The translations under genes and the position numbers were made by a program. The notes under the pieces are model-generated. The model had not been told where the DNA came from. It did not search any database and worked only from the letters and a program-made list of their open reading frames with translations. A DNA stretch of 64,000 nt from an uncultured Acidobacteriota bacterium (GTDB taxonomy: Bacteria; Acidobacteriota; UBA6911): positions 780,865 through 844,864 of the forward strand of contig CAVZBT010000012.1 of the NCBI GenBank assembly GCA_963773605.1. Reading direction: 5' to 3'. Position 1 is the stretch's first letter. Every line of letters starts with the position of its first letter. Shown here one piece after another: positions 39,431 to 49,772 of this stretch.

Positions 39431-40344
39431 GAGTGAGAACGGCCGGCCAGAGAAGCCTCGCGACGGGCGTCCGGGCTGCGCCCGGCCTCCAGGTACTCCT
39501 GCAGCGCGTGCCGCCAGGGCGGCATGCGGTCAATGCCCAGCATGGCGAGGTTGCGGTTTTCCAGAACCGAAAACGAGGGACGGGCCGCGACGGCTCCCGA
39601 TTGGGATGTCGACTGACGGCCGAGGTCGGGCGCCAGACCCGCCAACTCGAAAATCGCTGCCGCGAACTCGAACCACGAGCATGCCCCCTGGCAGGTCGCG
39701 TGGTAGGTGCCGTAATGGCCGAGCCGACACAGAGAGGCGATCTGGCGCGCCAGCGACGCTGTCGGCGTCGGCGTCAGGGTTTGATCGTCCACCACCCGGA
39801 TCGGCTTGCCCGAACGGGCCAGCCGCAGCATCAGTTCGACGAAGTTGCTCCCTTTGCCGGAGGGCCCGGCCGCCCCATAGAGCCCGCTGGTGCGCACGAT
39901 GAAATGCCTGCGCCACAAGGAGCGGACCGCCATCTCGCCGGCGGCCTTGCTGATACCGTACATGTTGATCGGATCGACCGGGTCGGACTCGTAGTACGGG
40001 CCCCCTTTCCGTCCAGAGAACACGTAATCCGTGCTGAGGTGGACAAGGACCGCATCGAGTTGCCGGCACACCACGGCCAGGTTTCTCGGGCCGAGCACGT
40101 TGACACGGAAAGCGCACCCGGGAGCGGCTTCGATGTCGTCCACGCGGTGACAGGCCGAGGTATTGACCACCACCCCGGGCGCGAGCGGAAACAGCGCCGC
40201 CCGGACCGACTCGATCTCGGAGACCTCGATATCGGCGTGAGTGAGCGCGCGCGGCCCGGCACCGGCCGGGTCAGCCGGCCATAAACGCATCAGGTCGGCC
40301 CCCAGCTGCCCATTCGCGCCGACGATCGCCACCGGCCTGCCCAT
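39427..40344 (-). CDS. rfbD: dTDP-4-dehydrorhamnose reductase
   Basis: MGRPVAIVGANGQLG (GxxGxxG), HLSTDYVFSG, and YGISKAAGE (YxxxK), the RmlD signature set. Confidence 0.85.
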   Translation of the reverse strand: MGRPVAIVGANGQLGADLMRLWPADPAGAGPRALTHADIEVSEIESVRAALFPLAPGVVVNTSACHRVDDIEAAPGCAFRVNVLGPRNLAVVCRQLDAVLVHLSTDYVFSGRKGGPYYESDPVDPINMYGISKAAGEMAVRSLWRRHFIVRTSGLYGAAGPSGKGSNFVELMLRLARSGKPIRVVDDQTLTPTPTASLARQIASLCRLGHYGTYHATCQGACSWFEFAAAIFELAGLAPDLGRQSTSQSGAVAARPSFSVLENRNLAMLGIDRMPPWRHALQEYLEAGRSPDARREASLAGRSHS

Positions 40345-40420
40345 CCTGCCCCCTTGCCCCGCAACGCAGCGTGGTCTCGATAGGTTGAGTCTTCGATCTT
40401 CGCGTCTTTGAGATGGCTTC

Positions 40421-41493
40421 TCAGGCGCTCTTTGCGAGGTTTGGCAACTCCCTCGCGTCGAAGACGGCCCCTGTTATCTGAACGATCCTGTTGGCCTCTT
40501 CCAGCAGGCGCATCCAATCGATGTTGTAATACCGGGGATTTTCGAAATCGGTGTAGCGCGCGCGCCGGATTTCCTGGACCAGGTTGCGCACCGATTCCTC
40601 GACAGAGACCTTAGGCCTGAAGTTCAGGACGCGGTAGAGTTTCTCGCCCGTGACCCGGTAATTGCGCACGCCCTTGTAGGCGTAGTCCGCTTTGATCTCG
40701 ACCTCGATGCCGAGCTCGCGCAGCACTTCGCGGATGCGCAGGGCAAGCTCGCTGATCCGCAGATTGCCATAGACCAGGTTGAAGACCTGCCCGTTGACAG
40801 CCTCGGGCTCCGCCTGGATCAAAGCAATGTAGGCACGGGCGGCGTCACGAATCTCGACCAGCGGCCGCCACATCTCTCCACCGTAGTGCAGCCGCATTTC
40901 TCCCTTGCTCATGGCGTCCTTCACGAACGTGTTGACCACGAGGTCATAGCGCATCCGGGGGAGAAGCCGAACAGCGTGCCCTTGCGCAGAACCGAGACGC
41001 AGAACTTCTCGGATGCCATCGGGAGCAGCTCCTTCTCGGCCGCGAACTTGGAGCTCGAGTACGCGGCCCGCGGATTGACCGATGCGGTCTCGTCCAGAAT
41101 CAGGTCCTGGTTGTGGTCCAGGATGCCGAAGTCATAGATAGAACACGAGGATGCGTAAATGTACCTGCGGACCCCCCGCTGCATGCACGCCCTGGCCAGC
41201 GCCACGCTGGCCGTCGTGTTCATCGCGTAGTTCGCGGCGGGATTGTACTCGGCGGTGGGATCGTTGGAGAGCCCGGCGATGTTCACTACCGCCTCGACAT
41301 TGTCGAGAGCGGCTGCGGGCGGGGTTCGCATGTCCGCCACGACGACCTCGACGCGGTCGCGGATGTCGGCCAGCCCCTGGTCCCCGAAATACATGCGGTC
41401 CAGGATCCGCACCGCGTAGCCCCTCTCGAGCAATTCATGAGCCAGCACCGATCCGATGTAACCTGCGCCCCCGACGAGCAGAATCTTTTTCAT
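40421..41493 (-). pseudogene. NAD-dependent epimerase/dehydratase family protein (UDP-sugar 4-epimerase-like), interrupted by a frameshift near 40950-40960 (G5 run)
   Basis: N-terminal part (ORF 40921-41592; true start MKKILLVGGAGYIGS at 41493 with GGAGGA RBS) has GxxGxxG and YSSSKFAAE. The C-terminal part continues in another frame (ORF 40421-40954: RYDLVVNTFVKDA...). The junction FGFSP|RMRYDL is restored by adding one base in the ccccc/ggggg run. Confidence 0.75.
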
Positions 41494-41665
41494 GAATGCC
41501 CGCTCCTCCGTTCGGTGAATGAAAACCGGGGCCCTGACGCAGCCCTTGCTCTTCATCGGCAGGCCGGCGCACGTACTTGACGAATTACTCATTCAGGAAA
41601 TGAAGTCCTTGCAGGGTGCATCGTGGTGGCCCGACGCAGGCCGGGAGACCGGGCATATCGGCACG

Positions 41666-42343
41666 ATGACGGAATCTGATAGTATGGCGCGTCTCGATTA
41701 TCACGGAGGGGCGGCGGTGAGAATCCTGGATGTGAAGAACCTGGTTGTCCCGGAGATCCGAGTGATCCGATTCGCGCGTTTTCAGGATCACCGGGGTTAC
41801 TTCGCGGAGCACTTCCGCAGGAGCGATTTCGACGGCCTGCCCTTCATGAAGGGCGTGCGGTTCCGCCAGGCCAACGAGAGCTTCTCCCGTCCGGGAACCA
41901 TCCGGGGTCTGCACTTCCAGTGGAATCCCTACATGGGGAAGCTGGTGCGGACACTGAGCGGGCGCATGGTCGACCTGGTCCTGGACATCCGCCGGGGGTC
42001 GCCGACGTTTGCGAAAATTCTCGCCTATGATATGCCCGCGACGCCGGAGCGTGAGTTCGCGGAATGGATCTGGGTGCCGCCGGGGTTCGCGCACGGGAAC
42101 TTTTTCACCGAGCAGACCCTGATCGAGTACTTCTGTTCCGGGGAATACAGCCCCGGATGCGAAGCAGGCATATCGCCCATGGCGCCCGACATCGACTGGT
42201 CCCTGTGCGACCCGCAGCTGAAGGAGCTTTTCGACGGCATACGCACCGGCGGTGGTCTGATGACCGAGAAAGACAGAAACGGGTACGCCCTGGCCTCATG
42301 GGCGCTGTCCGCCGACTCGCAGCGTTTCCTCTACCAAGGTTGA
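41666..42343 (+). CDS. rfbC: dTDP-4-dehydrorhamnose 3,5-epimerase
   Basis: Cupin-fold RmlC motifs: FQDHRGYFAEHF, RGLHFQ, VPPGFAHGF-like (VPPGFAHGNF). Start uncertain (41666 or 41684). Confidence 0.85.
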   Translation: MTESDSMARLDYHGGAAVRILDVKNLVVPEIRVIRFARFQDHRGYFAEHFRRSDFDGLPFMKGVRFRQANESFSRPGTIRGLHFQWNPYMGKLVRTLSGRMVDLVLDIRRGSPTFAKILAYDMPATPEREFAEWIWVPPGFAHGNFFTEQTLIEYFCSGEYSPGCEAGISPMAPDIDWSLCDPQLKELFDGIRTGGGLMTEKDRNGYALASWALSADSQRFLYQG

Positions 42344-42425
42344 ACCTGGATACTCCCGCACGCATATCCACCTGCGCGGATGGGGGCGGGCGCTTCCCCC
42401 CCCCGCGCCCGTCAGAGCACGGGCG

Positions 42426-44534
42426 CTACGGCGCCGTCAGGAACCCCAAAAACGCGGCATCGGTGACCGCTGCGGCGCCGTGCACGACCAGCCTGGCCCC
42501 GGTGCGCGCGGCCTGATCCCGATACCAGTTCAGGTCGAACCCCGGACCGGGATTGACCAGGTGAACCTGGCCGGGGATGAGAAACACCGCGGTCCTGAGA
42601 TCCCCGACCCGGCGGATCGCCCCGGCGGGCATCAGCCTCGACAAAGTCCGGTCGTAACCGGGATCCTCGCCGTTCAGGTCCGCGACGACACGGTCCGCCC
42701 CCCCCTGGAGGGCAGCCGCGAAGACTGCGCTCAGCCCCGCCCTGTCCAGCCCGATCACCGTCAGCGGCACACCGGGCAGCTCCTGCCGTATAGTTGCCAT
42801 CGCGGCCATGATCTCCTGGACGGCGAGCTCTTCGTTGGAGCGATTATACGAGTCGGGCCATGAAACGGCGTCCCAGGCGCGGTCGCTGATGCGCGCCGCA
42901 CCCGAGGCATAGCCGTGCACGCGGAACACCGCATTCCCCTTCTCGAGCAGACCGGCAACCCAGGGGAGAGCGGCTCCCGAACGGTCGTCGGCAACCAGCG
43001 ATCCGAACGAGTCCGGCGCCGCTATCAGGATGGCTCCCGCCGGGCCGCCGCTCCCCCGCACGGACTCGAGCAACATGGAATCACCCCCGGCCTTCCGGCC
43101 GATGCGATCGCTCCTGGCCTGGCGGCCGCGACGCGTCTCGGGCGCTCCCGGAATCCTGTTCAACGTTTCGGGGGACACTCTCTCGACATTGAGCACGAGC
43201 GCCAGGGCATCGGCGAACGCGGTCTGAAACGGCGCCAGTTCAGCGGCGTTCTTCGGAAAGGCCCGGGCGAGCGCTTCTTCGGATGTCTTCTGCCAGTCCT
43301 GGGCGATCGCTCGCCCCGGTTTCGCGACCTCCGGCAGGATGCCGTCGGGAAAGACGCGGAGATCCCCGAGAGACTTCATTTCCGGGGAGACCGGGGGCGG
43401 GGCGTCCACCGCGGGGCCGGGGGGGTTCAGGTACGTGCGGAAAAACGCGTACACGGCGGCCCGGCTTTGCGCGTTGTAGTTGTGCGCCGCCGCGACATGG
43501 ACGTTGGCAATCCGATCCTGGGCTCCGAACAACGCGTAGTACTTTGTGAGCATCGGCAGCTCGCGCGTGGGCGTGGAGTGGGTCCACGGGTCCTCGGTGG
43601 CCGAAACCAGAAGGAGCGGCCGAGGGGCGAAGGTCGCGGCCACCTCGATCGTGGACGTGTCCACCCACAGCCCCGGCAGGTTTTCGCAGCCGCAACCCGG
43701 ATGCTTCTCGGCGCCGATGATGTTCACGGGCGCCGCGACGCGCACGCGGGGATCCGCAGCCATCAGGAGGATCGTTTGGGTCGCTCCTCCGGATGCCCCC
43801 GTCACCCCGATCCGCGTCGGGTCGACTTCCGGTAGCGAGGTCAGGAAATCCAGGGCGCGCATGCCGTTCCACAACTGCATCCCCCCGAGGTTGAACCCGT
43901 ACAGTTGCGCGTCGGGGAACGACCAATCGGCCCGGAACAGCCGCGGCTCATAGGGCAGAGGGATGTCGGCAGACAGTTGCGCCCGGCTTTTCGCCCCATC
44001 GTGCGGCAGCTGGAAGGAGTCGTTGTACCCGACCATGTCGATCGAAAACACCACATATCCCTGCCGTGCGAAATCGATGCATCGGGCCGGTATGGAGCCG
44101 GACTCGCTGTTTTGCAGCCGGCCGTATTCCCAGTGCCCGTGCGGCGTCAGGATCGCGGGATAGGGCGGCTTGCCGGAGGTCGGGTAGTAGAGGTTCCCGG
44201 TGGCGAGGAAACCCGGGAAGCTCTCGAAATAGACCTTGGCGACTCTGAAGCCCTTGCCCTCCCTGACGTCGAAGATGCTGGGTCGAAGCGGCGTCCGCTC
44301 CCGTTCCGGCCACAGGCCCGCCGAAATCAGGATCTTCCGGCGCAGCTGCGCGGCGCGCCGCTCCCACTGCTGCCGGGTGGGAAACGGGTCGGGTAGACCC
44401 CAGCGGAAATGGTCCGGGTCCTGCAATGCGGGCCCCTGCGGCGCAGGCTTGTCCCGAGGGTCCTGACCGGCGTACAGCGCCGGGTAAAGGGAAACCAACA
44501 AAATGACGCCCGCCCAAAGTGCAGATCTCCTCAT
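42426..44534 (-). CDS. secreted alpha/beta-hydrolase (acetyl-xylan-esterase/dienelactone-hydrolase-like) with about 250-aa C-terminal extension
   Basis: Start at the internal Met (MRRSALWAGVILLVSLYPALYAG signal peptide, GGAGG RBS). Nucleophile elbow GVTGASGGATQ. The C-terminal region (from about NRIPGAPETRRG) is of unknown function. Confidence 0.7.
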   Translation of the reverse strand: MRRSALWAGVILLVSLYPALYAGQDPRDKPAPQGPALQDPDHFRWGLPDPFPTRQQWERRAAQLRRKILISAGLWPERERTPLRPSIFDVREGKGFRVAKVYFESFPGFLATGNLYYPTSGKPPYPAILTPHGHWEYGRLQNSESGSIPARCIDFARQGYVVFSIDMVGYNDSFQLPHDGAKSRAQLSADIPLPYEPRLFRADWSFPDAQLYGFNLGGMQLWNGMRALDFLTSLPEVDPTRIGVTGASGGATQTILLMAADPRVRVAAPVNIIGAEKHPGCGCENLPGLWVDTSTIEVAATFAPRPLLLVSATEDPWTHSTPTRELPMLTKYYALFGAQDRIANVHVAAAHNYNAQSRAAVYAFFRTYLNPPGPAVDAPPPVSPEMKSLGDLRVFPDGILPEVAKPGRAIAQDWQKTSEEALARAFPKNAAELAPFQTAFADALALVLNVERVSPETLNRIPGAPETRRGRQARSDRIGRKAGGDSMLLESVRGSGGPAGAILIAAPDSFGSLVADDRSGAALPWVAGLLEKGNAVFRVHGYASGAARISDRAWDAVSWPDSYNRSNEELAVQEIMAAMATIRQELPGVPLTVIGLDRAGLSAVFAAALQGGADRVVADLNGEDPGYDRTLSRLMPAGAIRRVGDLRTAVFLIPGQVHLVNPGPGFDLNWYRDQAARTGARLVVHGAAAVTDAAFLGFLTAP

Positions 44535-44624
44535 GCTCGAGCCTCCATGCCGGGGATAATATACGCCGAAACGGGAATCCCCGGTAAGGTAGTGCAAGTG
44601 GGCGTCTCCCGTTGTAGTATTTGG

Positions 44625-44745
44625 GATCCCGCGGCGGTCGGCGGGTGTGGAGCGCCGCGGCCCAACGCCGCTTTGGGGGGCGGAGCCCGGGCGCTGCCCT
44701 CCGGCCGATGCCTTCCGATGCGGGAAGCGATGCCGAGGACACCGC
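44625..44745. repeat. degenerate copy of the palindromic intergenic repeat family
   Basis: ggagcgccgcggcccaacgccgctttggggggcggagcccgggcgctgccctccggccgatgcc...gccgaggacaccgcacagcgg retains the family backbone with many substitutions. Confidence 0.3.
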
Positions 44746-44882
44746 ACAGCGGGGTTGATGTCTTGAATGCCAGACAGGACTGACTGCTGATAACCGAGGG
44801 TATCTCACCGTTTGGTTCCGGCCTGCCCGAATCGGGTGTGGGGCCGAAACCCGAAACCCAACACCCAATCCCCGTACTGACT

Positions 44883-45809
44883 ATGGATGCACCTGAAATG
44901 AAGCTCGACGAAGAACTCCGCGACGGCGCGCACTACCTTTCCCAGAGACTGATGCCGACGACGGGCGCGATACCGCAACTGCCCGGGATCGATATCCACG
45001 GTGTCAGCCTGCCCCTGAACGGCGTGGTCGGGGGGGACCTCATCACGTATGTCGATTTCCAGGAACGCTTCGACCTCGACGCCCGGATCCGCCACGCCGT
45101 GGCACGGGGACAGGACAGGAAGGCGCACGCGCTCCAGAAGCTGAAACGCAAAGGAGCCGTCCTCGTCGCGGACGTCGCCGGCCACGGTTTCACGGACGCC
45201 GCCCGGGCGCTGCTGCTGCACCAGGCCTTCCACACGGGCGCCCTGTACGAGATGGATTTGAACGGGGAGATCACGGTGCGACTGTTCGAGCAGATCAACA
45301 CCCGCTTCCTGAAATCGTCCACCCTGCGCAACCTCGCGGCGGACCCCGACGCCGCATCCTTCATCACGCTGATTTACGGCGAGATTTCGCACAGCGGCAG
45401 GTTCAGGTTCCTGAGCGCCGGCCACCCGCCGCCGCTGGTCTTCTCCCGCGAGTACGATCGCTTCGTCGAAATCTCGCCCGACCGCCTGGTCAGCTACCCG
45501 CCCATCGGGCTGCAGCCGAGCGAAGACCTGGCCGATGCGCGGCGTTACCAGCTGGCACTCGGGTACAAGAAACGCTACACGGTCAATGAACTCAATCTCA
45601 TGGGTCACGGGGACGTGCTGCTGCTGTACACCGACGGCCTGCTCGATCCCCTGTCGCCGTTCACGCAGGCACAGCTGGAGCGCGCCGTCTCGCGCACGGT
45701 CCAAGGGAGCGCACGGGAGATCTGCGACGCGCTCGTCCAGGAGCGGAAGGCTGTCGCGGAACAGACCGACGACCTGAGCCTGGTGGTCATCAAACGCAGC
45801 CGGGACTGA
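44883..45809 (+). CDS. PP2C-family serine/threonine phosphatase (SpoIIE-like stand-alone phosphatase domain)
   Basis: Metal-binding motifs GGDLITY, VADVAGHG, LLLYTDGLLD. Start at the internal Met 44883. Confidence 0.8.
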   Translation: MDAPEMKLDEELRDGAHYLSQRLMPTTGAIPQLPGIDIHGVSLPLNGVVGGDLITYVDFQERFDLDARIRHAVARGQDRKAHALQKLKRKGAVLVADVAGHGFTDAARALLLHQAFHTGALYEMDLNGEITVRLFEQINTRFLKSSTLRNLAADPDAASFITLIYGEISHSGRFRFLSAGHPPPLVFSREYDRFVEISPDRLVSYPPIGLQPSEDLADARRYQLALGYKKRYTVNELNLMGHGDVLLLYTDGLLDPLSPFTQAQLERAVSRTVQGSAREICDALVQERKAVAEQTDDLSLVVIKRSRD

Positions 45810-45825
45810 TCCGGGGCACCCGTCC

Positions 45826-46335
45826 TCAGCGCACCCGCTCGTAATTAAACGGGTGCGGCGGCTCGTCTTTCCCGTCCTTGCGGAAAATCCACTCCTGCGA
45901 CATGTGGTTTTCGTCTTGGAACTTGACCGTCAGGTCGCGCATGTGGCCGGCGTTCCGGTCCGCCAGGTTGGTGGCGTCGATGAATCGGAACCGCAGCTCT
46001 CCCGGGCGGCTGGTGCCCAGGTCCGCTTTCATCCGGGGCTGGTTTTTCGCCGCGCAATAGTGGGTCAGGATCAGGTTGCTGCCGTCCACGTGATACATGG
46101 TAATCATCGACCCGCCGTCGGGGGTCGTCAACTCCTCCATGAGAACGCTGCCGTTGGACACAACCCTGTAGTTGGCGGTCGCAACCTTGCCGTCGGGCGT
46201 CTGCGCTTTCCATTGGCCAGCCAGCGTCGCCAGCTTTTCGAACCCTGCCTGCGCGGTCGTCTCCGCGCGGGTGCGCACCGGCGCAAGCAGCACCAGGGAA
46301 AAGATCGCGATCGTGCTTGAGCCCCAAACCTTCAT
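45826..46335 (-). CDS. secreted hypothetical protein (169 aa)
   Basis: Start at MKVWGSSTIAIFSLVLLAPVRTRA (signal peptide, GGAGGG RBS). The ORF-track start 46659 is too far upstream. Confidence 0.55.
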   Translation of the reverse strand: MKVWGSSTIAIFSLVLLAPVRTRAETTAQAGFEKLATLAGQWKAQTPDGKVATANYRVVSNGSVLMEELTTPDGGSMITMYHVDGSNLILTHYCAAKNQPRMKADLGTSRPGELRFRFIDATNLADRNAGHMRDLTVKFQDENHMSQEWIFRKDGKDEPPHPFNYERVR

Positions 46336-46474
46336 ACACCCTCCGTCTGCTACAATTGTGGGTAGAATCGTTGGGAAAATACAGCGCAATCCCCCCTCCC
46401 GCGGAAGAAGGGCATGAACCTGACGAACGCGGGCCGCATCTGGAACATCAGGCAGAAAGAACCGGCGACTCTCC

Positions 46475-48257
46475 ATGAGGTTTCGCATTGCATTATACGG
46501 GTGGCTGCTTTGCCTCCCGACGGCGCTGCGGGGTGCCCAGTCGACCCCGCCTGGAGCCATGGCGCCCGAGGCGGGAGTCCTAAGCATCGATGCGGGCGAG
46601 AAACTCGTGATCGAACTCGAGACTTCCCTGCACACCCGGTCGACGCGCAAGGGAGACAAGGCGGCGTTCCGGGTGCTGCGGGACGTGCGCGTCGGCGACC
46701 GGGTCGCGCTGCCCCGCGGCAGCGTGGTTCAAGGCACCGTCACGCTCGCCAAGCGCGCCGGGCGCATCGCGGGGCGCTCGGAAATCCGCCTGCGCCTGGA
46801 CGACGTGCGCCTCCCCGACGGGACCAGCAGCCCGCTGGCGGCCTCGATCGTGCGCGTGGGGGTCAGCCCGGTCGAGAAGGCGAAGGACTCGGACCCGAAA
46901 GTCCGCGGAGAGTCGGGCAGCGGCGGTAGCCCCGCCGCCGTTCTTCACGGCGGGATGCAGGGCGCCGTAATCGGAATATTGGGCGGCGGTGCGCGGGGAG
47001 CGATGTACGGCGGCGCCATCGGCGCCGGCGTCGGGCTCGCACAGGTGCTGCTGCAGCGCGGCCCCGATGTGGACCTGCCGCGCAACACCATTTTCGAGGC
47101 GAGGTTTGACCGCCGGCTGGACATCCCCACGGAAACGGCGCGCCGCGCCGCCGAGATCGCGGGGCGCACCGGCGCGCCATCCGCGGGCGCACTCCGGATA
47201 CCGGAGGAAGAACCGCTCCCCGAACTCCGGGACGTGCGCAGGCCCGCCCTGACCCGTCGCACGCCGGCGCAAACGCCGCCCCCCGCCGAAACCGTCACGA
47301 TCGAGCCACCGCCGCCGGCACCCGAGCCGCCGGCTCCGGCACCGGCGCCCCGTTCCGAGGCATCCGCCGAACCCCGGTGCCTTCAAGCTGAGCATCGCGG
47401 TTCAACTGGTGCAGGTCGATGCGCTGGTGCGCGATCGCAGGGGCAGGCCCATGGACAACCTTACCCGCGGGGATTTCCGGCTGTTTGAAGACGGCGTCGA
47501 GCAACCGGTCCACTCCTTCTCGCGCGACGAGCTTCCGCTCGCCGTCGCGCTGGTCGTGGACCGCAGTGGCAGTGTCGCCCCGTATATGAACGAAATCCGC
47601 CACGCCGCCTATCGCGCCCTGATGCAGCTGAAGCCTGGCGACCAGGTCTGCCTGTTCTCCTTCGCCGCCACCGCCGAGCGGCTCGAGGAGCTGACCACGG
47701 ATCGCCAGCGCATCGCGGACCGCATCGCGACCATTCATGGCGGGGGCGGGACCAACATCGTCGACGCTGTTCACGACTCGGTCAACTATCTCGGGATGGT
47801 GGCGCCCGAGAGCCGCCGTGCCGTGATCCTGATTTCCGACAACCAGGCCACGACACGACCTCGCGCGGACCTCGGCCAGACGATCCGGCTGGCCATCGAG
47901 ACCGAGACGGTCGTCTACAGCGTCAGGACCGCCGGGGAAACGCTGCCGCTGACCCTGCAGCTCCCGAATCTCATCGGGCGCTCTGGCCCGGTGCCCAGAA
48001 TCACGGAGGAAACCGGCGGAGAGATCATCGAGGTCGCCGGCAACCGGTCGCTCGACGCGGCCCTCAAGACCGCCGTCGAGCGGCTGAAACTGAGGTACAC
48101 GCTCGGCTACTACCCGCAGAATCCCCAACCGGGAACATTCAGGCGCATCAAGGTCAGACTCGCCGACCCCTTCGGCCAGCCGCCGGCGGATTACCAGGTC
48201 TACTCCCGTTCCGGGTATTATTACCCCGCCCCGAGAACATCCGCGCAAACGCCCTAG
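46475..48257 (+). pseudogene. signal peptide, beta-rich domain, glycine-zipper, Pro-rich linker and VWA-domain protein; probably one gene split by a frameshift near 47370-47385 (C4 run)
   Basis: ORF 46475-47488 has MRFRIALYGWLLCLPTALRGAQS, GAVIGILGGGARGAMYGGAIGAGVG and a PAPEPPAPAPAP linker, then degenerates into a junk tail. The +1 frame carries the conserved VWA N-terminal motif GAFKLSIAVQLVQVDALVRDRRGRPMDNLTRGDFRLFEDGVEQ and the VWA MIDAS region (LVVDRSGS ... GGTN) to 48257, with no in-frame ATG or RBS of its own and an 80-nt overlap. Alternative: two genes with a GTG start at 47409. Confidence 0.55.
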
Positions 48258-48488
48258 GACAGGTCTGCCAGACCGGCGGTGGGGCGGATCCGCCGGGTCA
48301 CTATGCCCCGCACAAGCGAACTTCCGCTTTCCAAGGTAGAACGCCATGAGTCCACACGCGCCGGCGGTGACGCCGGGATCGGAGAACGCCGAAACATTCT
48401 CGTGCGCCTGGGTGCGTCGCCCCCCGAGACTGCTTTCTGGGTAACAGCTCCGAAGGTGGTAGTCTTATATCAAGGGAGAGGGAGCCCT

Positions 48489-48686
48489 ATGGGGGTGGCA
48501 ATCGTCGGGACCCGAATTTCATGCCCCGAATGCGCCTCGGACCGCGTCCGTCGCGCCACCCGGCACGGTCTGGCCGAGTGGCTGCTCAAGAGGGTGCGCG
48601 TCGTCCCCTATCGATGCCTGCAGTGCGACACCCGTTTCCTGTACGGTCGCATTCTGCCCTGGAGATCCGGGAGATCGACTGCCTAA
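48489..48686 (+). CDS. small zinc-ribbon protein (65 aa, CPEC...CLQC)
   Basis: Strong RBS GGGAGAGGGAG 4 nt upstream of ATG 48489. Two CxxC pairs 30 residues apart. Confidence 0.4.
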   Translation: MGVAIVGTRISCPECASDRVRRATRHGLAEWLLKRVRVVPYRCLQCDTRFLYGRILPWRSGRSTA

Positions 48687-48921
48687 CTATTCGTGAGGGT
48701 CTCGGTCGGCAGCGCATCGCTCGGGGAGGGCGTGTGATGCCCAACGCCCGAAGGCAAGCGACTTGACGCTGCCTGGCGCCGCCGCTGGACTGAAGCAGTA
48801 CGGGGGGCTGCAGGATCACGTCCGAGAGCAGACGGCGGCCGTCAGCATAAAACCTTCAAAGCAGCCGGCCCCACCCAGCCCCAGTGAGCTGCAACCGGCG
48901 TTTCCGAGCAACGGCGCTCCT

Positions 48922-49653
48922 CTACTGGCCGCCGACCGCCGGTGCTGCCTGTGTGTCGGCAGTAACGCCGGGGGGCAACTCCATGATTTTAATGTTCCTG
49001 AAATGGATCTCGGCCCCCTCCGACTCCAGGCAGATGTATCCCTTCTTCACCGAAGCGCGGCTGATGCCGTTGACGAACTTCCCGTTGACGGACAGCTTGA
49101 CGACTCCGTCGACGGCCACGACGTCGTAAACGTTCCATTCTCCCTTGCCCTTGCAGCGGTTCTCAATCGACATGCTGCGCGTGCCGCGGGGATTGTCCGG
49201 TGTCGTGGTCACGCCGTTGGCGCCGAAGAGCTCCCCGTGCACATACGCGATGGGGCGCGGGTTGCCCTGGGCGTCGCGGTTGAGGTTAACCCAGTCGAGT
49301 TCGAGCATTTGCACTTCAAGACCCTTCGGCAGCGGCCCGTCGGCGGCCGGCGTCCCCTCGCTCCAGATGAACGTTCCCGAGTTTCCGCCCGGCTCCATGT
49401 GCATCCACTCGATGTGCAGGATGAAGTTTTCATACTGCCGGTCGGTGCGCATCACCCCGATCGGCTTGCCCTTGCATATGATCATCCCGTCCCGCACAGA
49501 CCAGGTGTCCTTATCGGTGTTGACGTTCACCCAACCGGTGAGGTCCTTCCCGTTGAACAGGTTCCTGAACTCCGGCAAATCTGCCGCGCCTACCCGCCGG
49601 CCCGCCGCCAGGGCCAGCAGCAGACCCAACACGAGCGCCGCCGTGTTCCGCAT
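48922..49653 (-). CDS. DUF1080 family protein (3-keto-disaccharide hydrolase-like), secreted, second paralog in window
   Basis: [12 protein letters not shown]...[13 protein letters not shown]...[20 protein letters not shown]. Signal peptide [18 protein letters not shown]. Confidence 0.8.
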   Translation of the reverse strand: MRNTAALVLGLLLALAAGRRVGAADLPEFRNLFNGKDLTGWVNVNTDKDTWSVRDGMIICKGKPIGVMRTDRQYENFILHIEWMHMEPGGNSGTFIWSEGTPAADGPLPKGLEVQMLELDWVNLNRDAQGNPRPIAYVHGELFGANGVTTTPDNPRGTRSMSIENRCKGKGEWNVYDVVAVDGVVKLSVNGKFVNGISRASVKKGYICLESEGAEIHFRNIKIMELPPGVTADTQAAPAVGGQ

Positions 49654-49772
49654 TTTCCTTGTGACCATCGCACTTTCCTTTCCTCTAAACTCCGGGTTCG
49701 AGCCAGGGCCCCAAAAAACGATCGCCGCCGCTGAGAGTATCAGACAAGCCTCGCCTGGTCACGCGATCGAGG

